The notes under the pieces are model-generated. The model was not told the DNA's origin. It saw only the letters and a list, made by a program, of their open reading frames with translations, and did not search any database. A program made the position numbers and the translations under genes. From Octopus vulgaris (taxonomy: Eukaryota), in assembly GCA_951406725.2 (NCBI GenBank), contig OX597816.1, positions 91,388,001 to 91,452,000 of the forward strand: a stretch of DNA of 64,000 nt, in the 5' to 3' direction. This document shows positions 24,140 through 36,299 of the stretch, in pieces; the stretch's first letter is position 1; each line of letters begins with the position of its first letter.

Positions 24140-24597
24140 TTATCTTTTACTTGTTTCAGTCATTAGACTGCGACCATGGTGGGACACTGTCTTGAAGAAT
24201 TTTTAGTTGACTGTATTGACCCCAGTACTTAATTTTTTTAAAGCCTGGTACTTATTTTATCAGTTTCTTTTGCTGAACTGCAAAGTTATAGGGACGTAAA
24301 CACACCTGAACCAGTTGGCAAACAGTGGTGTGGACACACACACACATATGATGGGCTTCTTTCAGTTTCTATCTACCAAATCCAGTCACAAGGCTTTGGT
24401 TGGCCCAAGGCTTTGGTTGGCCCAAGGCTTTGGTTGGCCCAAGGCTTTGGTTGGCCCAAGGCTTTGGTTGGCCCAAGGCTTTGGTTGGCCTAAGGCTATA
24501 GTAGAAGACACTTGCCCAAGGTGCCATGCAGTGGGACTGAACCCAGGACCATGTGGTTGGGAAGCAAGCTTCTTACCAAACAGCCACACCTGTGCCT
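24140..24597 (-). mobile_element. tRNA-derived SINE, family B, with internal 17-bp tandem expansion
   Basis: Family B consensus. Six copies of AAGGCTTTGGTTGGCCC at 24390-24491. Confidence 0.85.
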
Positions 24598-25323
24598 ACA
24601 TGTGTATCTCAAACAATGAAGTTGAATTTATAAAAAAGCTAGTTAATATGTTTTTGTTATAGCTTAAACTCAAGTCAACAGACGTGAACAAAGGCATTCC
24701 AATCATGACCATTCTGTCCATTTTTGGATGGGGAACAGCATAATTTAACTAGGACTACATAATCCAATCTGTCTGTTCCTTTTTGGATAAAAAAGGGTGT
24801 TGATATAACAAAAAATTAGCTACTAATTGCAGTAGGTCGATCATCAACATACAAGCTCCTATATGTGTTGGTGGGAGTTATATAGATATAACAGCAAGTC
24901 GCTTCAGAGACTTAGAGTTAATGGGAATAATGAACTGTTGCAAAAAAAAACATTGAGTTAAACATGCTTTTTTTCTCTGTTTGCCAATTCTTTCATTATA
25001 TCAGCCATAGGCAACATGTGGCCTAATGAAAACCTAATGAAAAATTACCTTCACTTTTGTTAGCAATATGGCACATATGAGACATGTTTCATGCAACCTG
25101 CTTCTTGTAAGAAGTTGCCCATTTCTGCTTTATACTATCAAGAATTTAAAGGTTTCATAATTAATATTTTTTTTAGCTGGATGTTTTATCTATCAATAAA
25201 CACTTGATTATGAAGTAAGTGTGAAACTGTTGCCAATCAAGAAACTGAAACGCACACCTCACTAGTCAGAGGAAAGCTAATATTGTTACTTAAAATTAAT
25301 TGAAACTTTTTTTTTTTAAACAG

Positions 25324-25470
25324 GAATTGTGCAATTACTTCACTGAAGAATTTTGGTTTAGGAGAAGGTGTGCATTACCTACAAAAAGAACTTGATGAAT
25401 TTCATCTTCAGTATATGGAGACTACTCCATGGATAGATACAGAGGTGCAGTTGGAAAAATGGGTTACGAA
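25324..25470 (+). CDS. WDR97-like gene, internal exon (NCAITSLKNFGLGEGVHYLQKELDEF...QLEKWVT)
   Basis: Poly-T/aaacag acceptor and GTAAGT donor. 147 nt, phase 2-2. Confidence 0.88.
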
Positions 25471-25552
25471 GTAAGTAAATCATTTCATTTTATTATCTAT
25501 TAGGAATAAATGGAAACAGGAAGCATATATTGGCATTTTTAATGTAGAAGTA

Positions 25553-26170
25553 CAGGGTGTTCAGGCTAAATTTCATTGTTTGCATAAAAGGGAAAGAAAG
25601 CAATGTTCCATGCAATATAAAAGTATTTTTGAAAATCAAAAAATTTCAAATAGATTATGTCTGAGAGATAGTTTACTCAAAATAACCACTTTCACCTTCC
25701 ACCACAATATCAAAACAACTCCAGAGCTTGTTACAAGTCTTCCTCTGTGTTCCTGGTAAGACCTTCGAGCACTTCCTTGATCTTGGCCACCAGCTCAGTC
25801 TTGGTGTTGCAGGCAGAGTGATTGGTGTCTTTCTCAACCACACCCCATACATAGTAATTCATGGGATTACAATTGGAGGAATAAGGACACCAAAAATTGA
25901 AGCTGGTAAAACTGTAGAAATTTTCAGAGAACCACTTTTTACTTTTTTTAGAGGTATAGCAAGGAGACAAATCCTGCTGTCACACATATGGCCTTCCAAC
26001 AACAACCCTCTCCAGCTAGGGTTTGATCACAGCTTCCAGTAGCTTCACATAGCTGTCTGAACTGAGCCTATGGCCCTGTCCAAACATGTGGGTCTGCAAG
26101 ATGTCACCTTCACTGGAGACACTCAAAGACAATCACAGACAATGGGAACTTGGTTTTCATGATGTTCATG
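25553..26170 (-). mobile_element. Tc1/mariner (maT-like) transposon, 3' part
   Basis: ta-CAGGGTGTTC terminus and WCPYSSNCNPMNYYVWG (WPP.SPD.NP.DY.VW-like). Confidence 0.75.
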
Positions 26171-26603
26171 TTACATCTTACAGTATTTACAGTGTTCACA
26201 AAACATTGAGCAATAGTTATAATGTCAGCGAAAATGATGATTTATGCTGGGTAACTTTTTTTCCAGTATTTGGATGGCTTCCAGTCCTCTGTATCAGCTA
26301 ACTTTTTTCTCAGCTAAAACTTTAATCTTACATAAATATCCTCAGATCATCGGTGGAGTACGTCATAAGATATAATTTGTCGAACTGCACACTATATATT
26401 AACACGAGGTCAGAGACATGAACAGTTCGGCTGATTATATTCACAGTTACATTCAAGTGCCTTCGTTGTAGCGTGCCAAAAATTCCCGGAAATAAATACT
26501 GCATAAGTAATTCACTGCAGTAGTTTACGCCGGTTTGAGAACATATTAAATTATAATTAAAGTCAAAATGAGGGTGAACAAATTTTTTTCACCCTCATTT
26601 TGA

Positions 26604-26642
<39 letters not shown>

Positions 26643-27313
26643 TTTAAGTTTATGTGAAATGTCTTTATCCTATGCTATTTATGTACACACACACACACAC
26701 ACACACATATTACATGGGAAAATGCGAGCAAGAGAAATAAGATTATAAACCTGGAAAAGTACAGGACAAGTTATTACACTTTGCAAAGTTCAGGACAAGT
26801 TATTATATCTGGTAAAGTACAGAACATACTTCCTTCTCATCCAATTGCTTTCTTTCTATTTCCCTCTGAAAATATTTATGAAATTCCTTACCATCTCTCC
26901 AACTTTGGACGTAGTTATCTCTAACCTCATGCAATAAAGTGTTCTCTGAAGATCCGTTTCTAGTTAAGCATCCAAATGCACTTGGAACACCTATTTCAGG
27001 ACTCCAAACAACAATAATAGTGAAACAGGTGTAAGAACTGTAATATAAACTTGTGTTTATCCTTATTTCTTGTATATACATATATATGTATGGTCTTGCA
27101 TGTTATGAGGCAATTGTTATTAGTGCTGGTATCATGAGAAAGGTACTTAGTAGTTGGTGTCGGGGGTGGGGGCATTCAGCCATAGAAAATATACCAAAGT
27201 AGATTTTTGTGTATGACACAGTCTTCTGACTCATCAGACACTATCAAACTGTCCAGTCCATGCCAGCTGTTAAACAACGACGACGACAACTATTATTATT
27301 ATTATTATTATTA

Positions 27314-27602
27314 TTTAGTAGTTTTATTCTTATAACGTGCTTTCACTTCACTACCGAGTGCACTCTGTGTGCCTTGGGTATGTGCTGTGGTTTGTTGTGA
27401 TACTCTTATGGTTACTTTATTGAAAGTGTTTTGTGTAGGATGTGTACAGTGCCCAGTAGTGCAATTTTCTGTATGTTATATATATTTGTACGTCCTGGTG
27501 TTTTTGTTATGTATTTGTCTGAATATTAATGTGCCTACTATGATAGGAATTGTTTCTGTTTTTAGATTTCACATTTGAGTTACCTCTATTTCCAGGTCTT
27601 TA
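27314..27602 (-). mobile_element. Dong/R4-clade LINE 3' end inserted in (ATT)n
   Basis: Homologous to 36300-36580 (KTETIPIIVG...IALLGT). Flanked by (TAT)n on both sides. Confidence 0.8.
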
Positions 27603-27611
27603 TTATTATTA

Positions 27612-27666
<55 letters not shown>

Positions 27667-27787
27667 TATTATTATTATTATTCATGAATCATGAATCTTG
27701 CTTCAGAAAATGACAATACATCGACTTTATAAAATTCTGCTCTAGTTGTTAAGTAACACAATTTTAGTGAATGTTCATATATTTCAG

Positions 27788-27890
27788 ATGGAAAAAATTC
27801 TTTCAGAGAGATATCCGCGTTTCATTTCATAGTTCAACTAAACCTGAGGATCTGCAAGATACTTTACCCTCAGTTTATAAATTCCGAGAG
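27788..27890 (+). CDS. WDR97-like gene, internal exon (WKKFFQRDIRVSFHSSTKPEDLQDTLPSVYKFRE)
   Basis: tttcag acceptor and GTAAAT donor. 103 nt, phase 2 to 0. Confidence 0.82.
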
Positions 27891-28049
27891 GTAAATTTAC
27901 ACCCTTTCTTTTGTGAAAATTTAACTACTGACATTGAATGAGAAATATTAAATGCATTGTTGAGAGGTGGGATAAATGTTTGAAGGTTAACCTATTGCTA
28001 ATTTGGACTAAATTAACAGAGATTTTTTTTTGTAGAATTTTAGAGTATA

Positions 28050-28443
28050 CTAGCAGTATCGCCCGGCGTTGCTCGGGTTTGTAAGGGAAATAACTATAAA
28101 GCATTTTTAGAGAGTTATAGCCAAAAAATAGCAAAAAAATGCATTAAAAATGGAAAAAATATGATGGTAGATTTTTTTTTAAATCGTTGACTCATCGTAG
28201 ACATTTTTAGAGAGTTACTTCCCTTATATTTAAAAAATATGCATTAAAATGGAAAAAAATGATGGTAAATTATTTTTAAAATCGTAGACTCATCGTAGAC
28301 GCGCACTAATACCCAGAAGGGCTCGATATGAATCACGACTATAAGATACCCGGTTTTGGTTAAACTGCACTGCAAAATGTGGGAGTAGTTAGGAATCTAA
28401 ATCGGAGTAGACAGACACACAACCTTACTTTTATATATAAAGA
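28050..28443 (-). mobile_element. Non-autonomous Helitron
   Basis: Minus strand A|TC...CCCGAGCAACGCCGGG hairpin...CTAG|T, with no TSD. Confidence 0.85.
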
Positions 28444-29188
28444 TATTAGAAACTTAATGTATGATTGTGATGAATCCAATTAAATTAAATTGAATTAATT
28501 CATTAATGAGAATTGATGCAAATTTTGTAGCCTGTTACTGAAAGTTAAACAATATAATTGGGACCTTTAAATTAATCTTCTTATTACATCTGTTTTTCTA
28601 TCTGCCAATATACATCACCTCTATTCTGTTTTGACTCTGCTTAATAATCTACAAATCTTGACTTGCCTTGCTCTTTGATTCACAAATATTATCCTTTACT
28701 AACAACCTATCTCTAGTACTTAGTATAACATATCTATTCCACTTTCTCCCAGTAATGTAATATATCTCCTCTTTTATAATAATGAATAAAATGAATTACA
28801 ATTTAAGAATTTATTTTATGGTTCACTCTGCTTTTGGATGAAAGTTGAAGAAAATCGTTTTATTCTTCTATTTGTTTCAGTCATTGTGCTACTCACATGC
28901 TGGGGCACCAAGTGTTTTAGTTAATTTATTGATTGCAGTATTTAGTGTGATATCCATTTTATCATATGTTTCTGTTTATTTACTGAGTTATGTCTTCTTG
29001 GGTACTTAAAGCCACAAAATAGGACACATTTGAGAGTTGATGTATAATTTTTTAAAATTCTTTGGAGCTGAAATAAATTATTAGGGATTAACATATTACC
29101 TGATGTGTAGAATATATATAATAAATCATTATTTGTATGGTAAAAACTAAGATTCTGCAGGAAAGTATTAAAAATAGATAAAGTTATC

Positions 29189-29522
29189 TATTTTTAATAC
29201 TTTCCTGCAGATTCAAAGGCAAATATACTTATTACTTTTGTGCTTGTCACAAGAGAACAGCTTCTCTTTTATGACATGCTCATAATACATTCATGTTCAT
29301 TAATGCAAGGGATTCTGTGACAAAAGTATTTTGACATGTTGCATCTCATCAACCAGAAATGAGTCTGACAAAAGTTGATGACCTTGTTTATAATTTCAGC
29401 AAACAGTTTGTTTGCTGATTTGTATTATCATTAGACAGAAGCTGTTCTCTTGTGATGAGCACATCAGTGATTAGCACATTTGGGTTGAAATCTACCAGAA
29501 CATATTAGAATAAGTAAACAAA
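29189..29522 (-). mobile_element. Fold-back non-coding element carrying a hammerhead motif (copy 2)
   Basis: Arms such as tgtgcttgtcacaagagaacagcttct / agaagctgttctcttgtgatgagcaca. Decayed hammerhead at 29313-29358. Aligns with 3838-4310. Confidence 0.65.
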
Positions 29523-29599
29523 TCATCATTTAGAGTCTCATTGTTCAGTGTACAAGTAGCAATTTATTATTGGTTGTCAGGACCACATTTTTGCTGTGA

Positions 29600-30825
29600 T
29601 GGAGAGGTCTTCTTGAGCACAGCTAATCATCAATCATCCTGGTTCTTTGTCAACTCCATAAGACTCTGCAGCTTGAAATCAGTCTTCACTATTTTGTTCC
29701 ATGTCTTCCTGGGTCTCCCTCTTCCACAAGTTCATCCACTATAAATGACCAGCACTTCTTTATGTTGCTGCCCTCATCCATATGCTTCACATGACCAAAC
29801 CATCATTGTCTTTTCTCTTCCACACAACATAATTTTTCCTCTTATGCCTAATTTTTCTCTCAATTACTTAGCATTTTTTCATCCTTGCACATTGACACAG
29901 AACTTTCAATGGAATATACAAGCTTTATTTCTCTCTAGTCTTCACATGTCCTTTGTATTCAAGCTCAAATGTCTCATTACCTCTCAGAGGGAGACCTTTT
30001 GTTGCCAACAAAAGTAAAAGCCCTCTGAACTTTCTCCATTTTATTCTTATTCTAGTAGCTATACTTTCAGAACGTCCTCCTTTGCTGCTGGTTTCGTCAC
30101 TTAGCTAATAGAAACTATTTACTATTTCTAGGGAGTCTTCAAAATATTTGAGAAAATCTATTTCCCGTGTTTCCTTAGTGTTTATTGCTCCCGTACATCT
30201 TCCACATGGAAACGTTACCTTCTTCATTAATCTTCTTGTAATTCCACTGCACCTCTCCATTTCTGCTACATATTCTGCTATAAGAGTGAGGTCATCAGCA
30301 TATAGTAGTTCCCACAGGCAACCAATTTTAAATTCCTCTGTTATGGCCTGGATGACAATGATGAATAAAGGGGACTGAAAACTGAGTCACAGTGAATCTT
30401 ACTTGTGCACTAAATTCACCACTGTACTCATAGCTGACCCTTATCCCATTGACAGCTTTGCTCTATACGGCTTGTATGGCTCTGACAAGCCATTTGTCTA
30501 CTTTTACCTTCCTTAGAGACCACCGGATGACAGAGTGAGGGGTTCTGTCAAAAGCTTTCTCCAGGTTGATGAAAGTCAAGTACAGTGGTTTACTTTTGGC
30601 TAGATGCTTCTCCTGCAGTTGTCTCACTAGAAAGATGGAATCTGTAGTGCTCTTCCCTGGTACAAAACCAAATTGCATCTCATCTAGTTTAATTCTATTC
30701 TATTTGATTGAGTTATAACTCTTTCTGTTACTTTCATGACCTGGCCCAGCAGTTTGATACCTATGTAGTTGTTTCTATCTGAGTCTCCACCTTTACCCTT
30801 GTAGCAACTGATTACAATACCACTA
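29600..30825 (-). mobile_element. RTE-clade LINE, internally deleted
   Basis: MQFGFVPGKSTTDSIFLVRQLQEK..INLEKAFDR and ELLYADDL. Confidence 0.85.
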
Positions 30826-32693
30826 CAACATACATACATACATACCTACATACATATCTACGTATGGAGAAGGCTGATTTGAAGATGACAGGTCCAAGTC
30901 ATCACTGGAACAGTAAAAATCTGTAAAACTTTCCAGAAGTTTATCATTTAAGTATATATGAGCATGTCTAGACATGCAAGTATATGCTTGAGAAAACACA
31001 TAAAACAAAACAGAAATATGCACTCACATGCATGCATGCACACATGCTTGCACATGAGAGAGATTGTGTATTGAGAGTTAAAGTAAATTGCCACTAGTAT
31101 CTGAAATGTTCATTGCTTGAATAGTTACCTGGGAACTGAGCTAAATAAAAGACATTACAAATATAATCTATCTACTTTTATTAAAGCTGTCTTTTGCAGA
31201 TTATCCAACTAACCTTTTGTTTAGAAAATTTCTACATTCAATGTTATGTTCTATTTTTTTATCCAGACAACTTTAAATAATGTTTATTTCTAAAATAACA
31301 ATCTGATTAAAATTGATTGACAATTGTTTTGAAAGTAAAATCTGAAGCACTATTTACTTCACTTTTATGTTTTCATACACTTCATATTAGTTATTTCATA
31401 TATTTAAGCCACCATTACTTTGGCCATGCTGGAGCTCTCAGCCTAATTGTATTGTCCTTTATCATTGAAGTTGTAAACTTAAGAAACACTTTAGTTATGA
31501 CTTATAAAGAATTGCTTTCTGTGGTTATCTACGTTATAAAGTAGTGTTAAGCCGTCCATGAACCATTCCTTGGCACATTTTATTCTTTATTGTAGCTGTT
31601 TGCTTGACTTACATTACTGATGCCTTTCAAAAGTGCATGAACACAAATTCACATTCCTCTTTCCTATGTGCCTCTATGTCCAATGCAGGAAATCAATAAT
31701 TACTCACATTTGTCTTCTTAAATATAAACTCCTTCAACACCAAGTATGACCTGGTAGCATGTACCATGCTTTTGCTAATTGTTTTAGGTGCCTATGTAGT
31801 TGCACATAGACACAAACACAGCTACATCCAAGTCACTCCCACCCTCCCTTTTACAATGTGAGTAGCCTTGTAGCTCCTCTACAACAAGAAACCTGTTCAG
31901 TTCTAGCCCCTTCTCTCACACTTTAACCCCTCATCATCTTGGTTAAAGCTGTCTACCTCTCTACTGTAGTCTTACTCAATGAATGTCACTAATACTGATG
32001 CCTTAAAAATCCCCACCCAGTACACATGGTAAAATGGCTGGATTCTAGGAAGGGCATCCAGACACAGAAACTAGTGTCAAGGCAGTCATTAGAGCACAAT
32101 GCAGTCTTTGGACCTGCCAGATCCCATTAACCCATCCAACCTATGCCAGCATGGACTATGGATTTTAAATGATAATGATGACCAGTCTTCTTTCAGTTTC
32201 TCTCCACCAAACTTTGGTCATTGATTTGGTAATTAATGGACATAGGCACAAACTATTTTCTTGTATTCTTGCAATTCTTCAATGGAAATGAATGATTCCT
32301 GTAAATACATAGCAGCACATTTCAGCAGCATACAGCATATACAATACTTAATTGTTATTATTCAAATTTTTCTTTTTGATATAACTTGTAATGTATTAAT
32401 ATTGATACTCTCCTAGGAGATAATTTTACCAATGCAAGAAATTGTTGTTTTTCCTCTGGTATATTTTGTAATTTTATGAATATCATAAAACACTGTACTT
32501 TAACAAAAATGAAGTAAAAACTAATGATTCACAAAAATTAAGTTTAATAATGCTGTGCTGTATCTACCATAAACGAGAGATTAGTTATATTGAATTTTTT
32601 AGTAGATTCAAAGTCCTCTCTTTTTACTTAAAAGAAGAAATAAGAAGCTGGAACATGTTTTTCCAAGGTCAATAGTATTTTAAGTGAACTGTA

Positions 32694-33210
32694 ACACCAG
32701 GTCATCCCATTAGTAATGCCCAAATTTTGGGTAAGGAAAAAAGTGACCTAATTTTACATTTTATTAAAATTTAATCCTGTATATAATTCCTATCATTTTT
32801 GATGACTTCTTTGCATCAATTCATCGGTTTTTAAATTCTGTTGGTGAAAAATTCTTTCAATTTTGATGTAAAGAAGGAAGAGATGTCAGGTTTGACCTCT
32901 TTTGGGCTTTTGAACAATCCATCTAAATGATTCTGTAAGCTTTGAATCAAATGGTAATCAGAAAGAGCGAGGTCTGGGGAATAAGGTGGGTGAGGGATTT
33001 TTTCCCGACCAAGTTCTTTGATTTTTTTTTCTGATGTATTCTATGCAGTGTGGGGCCTTGCATTATCATGATGAAACACCTCTCTCTTACAATTCACTAA
33101 AGCAGGCCTTTTCTTCAACGCAGCACCCAAATGCTCTAATTGTTGGTAATAGGTGTGACAGCTATTGTTGCATTAGCTGGCAGCAGCTCAAAGTGGGTGA
33201 CTTCATTGAG
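32694..33210 (-). mobile_element. mariner transposon 3' remnant
   Basis: VFHHDNARPH and PHPPYSPDLALSDYHL motifs. TIR-like caggtcatcccattagtaatgc. Confidence 0.75.
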
Positions 33211-34527
33211 GGGTTAATATTAGTACTTCAGTCAGATTATTTTGTAAAAAGAAATATAGTTACAGGTTTCCTAATTCATATGAGTATCAATCAATATGTT
33301 TTGACACTTGAGAATACTGTAAAATTTGATAGAATTAACAAATATGATATTTCAGACAATTTCTATAAGACGACTTGATAGTTTCATTTGGGATACAAAA
33401 CCAGATCACAAACTTGACTTCATGGGAGCAGGAGCTTACCTATGCTCGAAAAAGCTGGTCAGAATCTGAGAGAGATATATTGCTATTCGGTTTAAAAAGC
33501 AATTTTATTTATAATCATTCAAGACTGATTTTGACCCATGTGTAGTTCAAAATTAGTGTTTACTGTGTTCATCCTCTAAACAAGGCAAAAAGTTCTGCTT
33601 GCTTTAGTTTGCCTGTCTGACAACAGAAATTCCTTTTTATTCTACAGTGTGTTAGTTTACGGTAGGCTGGGTATAAAACCGTAAAATCAATTACTCTGGC
33701 AATTTATAAATATCTAAAGTTGCAAAACTATCTGCTTATTACAAGTGTGGAGAAATGGATGTAAAACAGTAAAAAATACAATAAATAATTATCTTAAAAG
33801 TTATGTGCATTAAGTTTGTGCTTGTAGTAACAAATAATGTCATAGTTTATAGCAATGCATAGACTGTTTTTGAAAAGGGTTGCATAAGATATAGATCATT
33901 ATAAGGTGATTATCAGCCTTACTAAAAGAAAAAAAAATTCAAGGCAATTTTTTTCTTTAGACATGCCATTCAGAAGATCTTACAGGCAGTAGTTTGCCAA
34001 CGATTAGTTTATAAGCATTGTATGTATTATGATCATTTGTGTCTCTCCTACTAGAGATATTTATTTTACATATGCTGACCAAATCTTTCAGTATCCATAT
34101 TAAAGGCATAATATTTCTTTAATGACTTATGCAGATCAGTTATTTAATTTATGAATGAACTGAATGTTATACTGAACATTAATATATATGCTAATATTTA
34201 TACAACATGTTTATCATGGTCAATTAACATGGAGGAATAAAAATATCACAGTTAAAAATATCAGAAAAATAGATTAAGTATGTAATTTGAGAGAAAGAGG
34301 TAATGGCAAGTTTTTTGTTGTGTGATCAGTAATGTGGGTAACCATGATAAATATTTGGCTTGAGTTCCATCTGTAGACCTGTTTTACTTTTCTGTCTTAT
34401 AATATCTAATAAGGTTTTATGAACATAAAACTTTAATTTTAATGATATTGTTCTGAAGCAGTTCTGAAATAGCTTCTCTTCAAAAGCATTTAACAATTAT
34501 TTTGATATGATTTGTCAATAACTTTAA

Positions 34528-34737
34528 CCCTTTATCTTTTAAACCAGCCATATCCAGCACAAATATTCTGCCCATTTCGTGTTCAAACTAGCCTCTCACA
34601 CCTATCTTATAATGTCATTCTAAAAATAAAAAAGCACATTATCAAAATTTTGAAGCCGTGAAATAATGCATAATTAATTGAAAACAATGTGAACAAATGA
34701 GCATTACATTTGACTGAGTAATTTGAATGCTAAAGTG
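34528..34737. mobile_element. piggyBac-type MITE (inverted copy of 859-1075)
   Basis: ttaa-CCCTTTA...TAAAGTG-ttag, with internal homology to 859-1075. Confidence 0.7.
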
Positions 34738-34799
34738 TTAGATATTGAATTCAATATTTAATTTATGTAAATATGTAACTTTTTTTTTTTTTCTAACAG

Positions 34800-34821
34800 A
34801 GATGTGCACATTCAGAATTAT
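34800..34821 (+). CDS. WDR97-like gene, 22-nt microexon (RCAHSEL)
   Basis: T-run/ctaacag acceptor and GTAAGT donor. Needed to convert phase 0 (27890) to phase 1 (40098). Confidence 0.8.
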
Positions 34822-35671
34822 GTAAGTATTCTGATTTTTTTGAAAGTTTCTTACAATTCAAGGTATAATTAATCAAATAAAAGAAAACCTTTATAGAAAT
34901 AAAGTCCTCTTAGCTGAAGCACTAAATGTCAGCATCTTTAAATTATTATAGCTATGCTCATCTTGACTGAGAAGACCTATGATGAAAAATGCTTGTGAGG
35001 CATTTTTCCCTTTACGGAAAAAGAAAAGCATCAAGTGCCGAAAATGAACTTTCTTATCTTCCATTTTAAAGGGCTACAGAATTAACACAGATTATAGGAA
35101 CATAAACCTTCTTACACGAAAAGTTAGCTAAAACTGTGCTCTAAATGGAGGTGTAGTCAAATCCTATTTTATGGACTCAACCATGTTCTAAAATAAGTCA
35201 AAAGGTAAGCTACTATAAATCAGCACAAACTTTCTGGACAACCCAATATTTAGTGGCAATTTGTCTGTGTTTTATGTTCTGAGTTCAAATTCCACCACGT
35301 TTGTCTTTACCTTTCATCCTTTAGGTGTTGATAAATTAAATACCATTTGAACACTGGGTCAATGTAATCAACTTATCCCTCCCCTGAAGTTGTTGGCCTT
35401 GTGCCAAAATTTGAAATCATTATTATTATTAGTATATTTATTATTAAGACTGGAAGCTGACAGAATTGTTAGCTTGCCAAACAAAATGCTTGGCAGCATT
35501 TCATCTGTCTTTACATTCTTCATTTAAATTCCACCAAGATTGACTTTGTCTTTCATCTTTTCAGGATCAATAAAATAAGTACCAATCAAGCACTGAGATC
35601 AATAAAATCAACTAGCTTCTTCATCAAAATTTCAGGCTTTGTGCTTATAGTAGAAAAGATTATTATTATTA

Positions 35672-36063
35672 CTAGCAGTATCGCCCGGCGTTGCTCCAGT
35701 TTGTTTCGACCCTTTAGAATTGGAATTTTTGAAAAGTAAATATTTTGCATTATGTAGCTTGTTATTCTCTTTAAGTGAACATTTTTCTAGTTGAAATACA
35801 CAGATAAATGGTGACACAGCAGTCAAAAAATCATAAAAAATAGGGATTTTCATAGAAAAAAAACTCCTTTTTGATGTAAATAATTTTTGGTGTTAACATG
35901 GTCCGATTTAAATTTTTTCTTCTACGGAAGGAAGAGCAAGCCTTCTTCTATCATACTCTCAATTTTGGTCAACTTGCACCGCAGGGTCTTGGAGAAGATA
36001 GTGTTAGTTGAAGGCTACCAAACCTGCCATACACAGACAACTTCAGCTTTATATATATAGAGA
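35672..36063 (-). mobile_element. Non-autonomous Helitron
   Basis: A|TC...CTAG|T on the - strand. The 3' terminal ~25 bp are identical to those of 28050-28443. Confidence 0.8.
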
Positions 36064-36072
36064 TTATTCAGT

Positions 36073-36290
36073 AAGGTGGCGAGCTAGCAGAATCATTAGC
36101 ATGCTGGATGAAGTGCTTAGTGGTATTTTGCTTGTCACTACATTCTGAGTTCAAATTCCGCCGAGGTCGACTTTGCCTTTCATTCTTTCATAGTCAGTAA
36201 ATTAAATGCCAGTGAAGCACTAGGATTGATGCAATCGACTAGTCCTCTCCCTGAAAATTTCAGATCTTGTGCCTTTAGTAGTAAGGATTA
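36073..36290 (+). mobile_element. tRNA-derived SINE, family A (further copies at 35250-35660, 39620-40045, 44230-44575)
   Basis: ggtggcgagctagcagaatc...gagttcaaattccgccgaggtcgac...gtgcctttagtagtaaggattattatt. Confidence 0.8.
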
Positions 36291-36299
36291 TTATTATTA

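Noticed and set aside
24390-24491. Short direct-repeat array resembling CRISPR
   Set aside because: Head-to-tail repeats with no spacers, inside a eukaryotic SINE, with no cas genes.
27214-27242. CUGAUGA-GUC-agaa-GAC on the - strand
   Set aside because: Not followed by GAAA, and lies within a decayed RTE-tail repeat.
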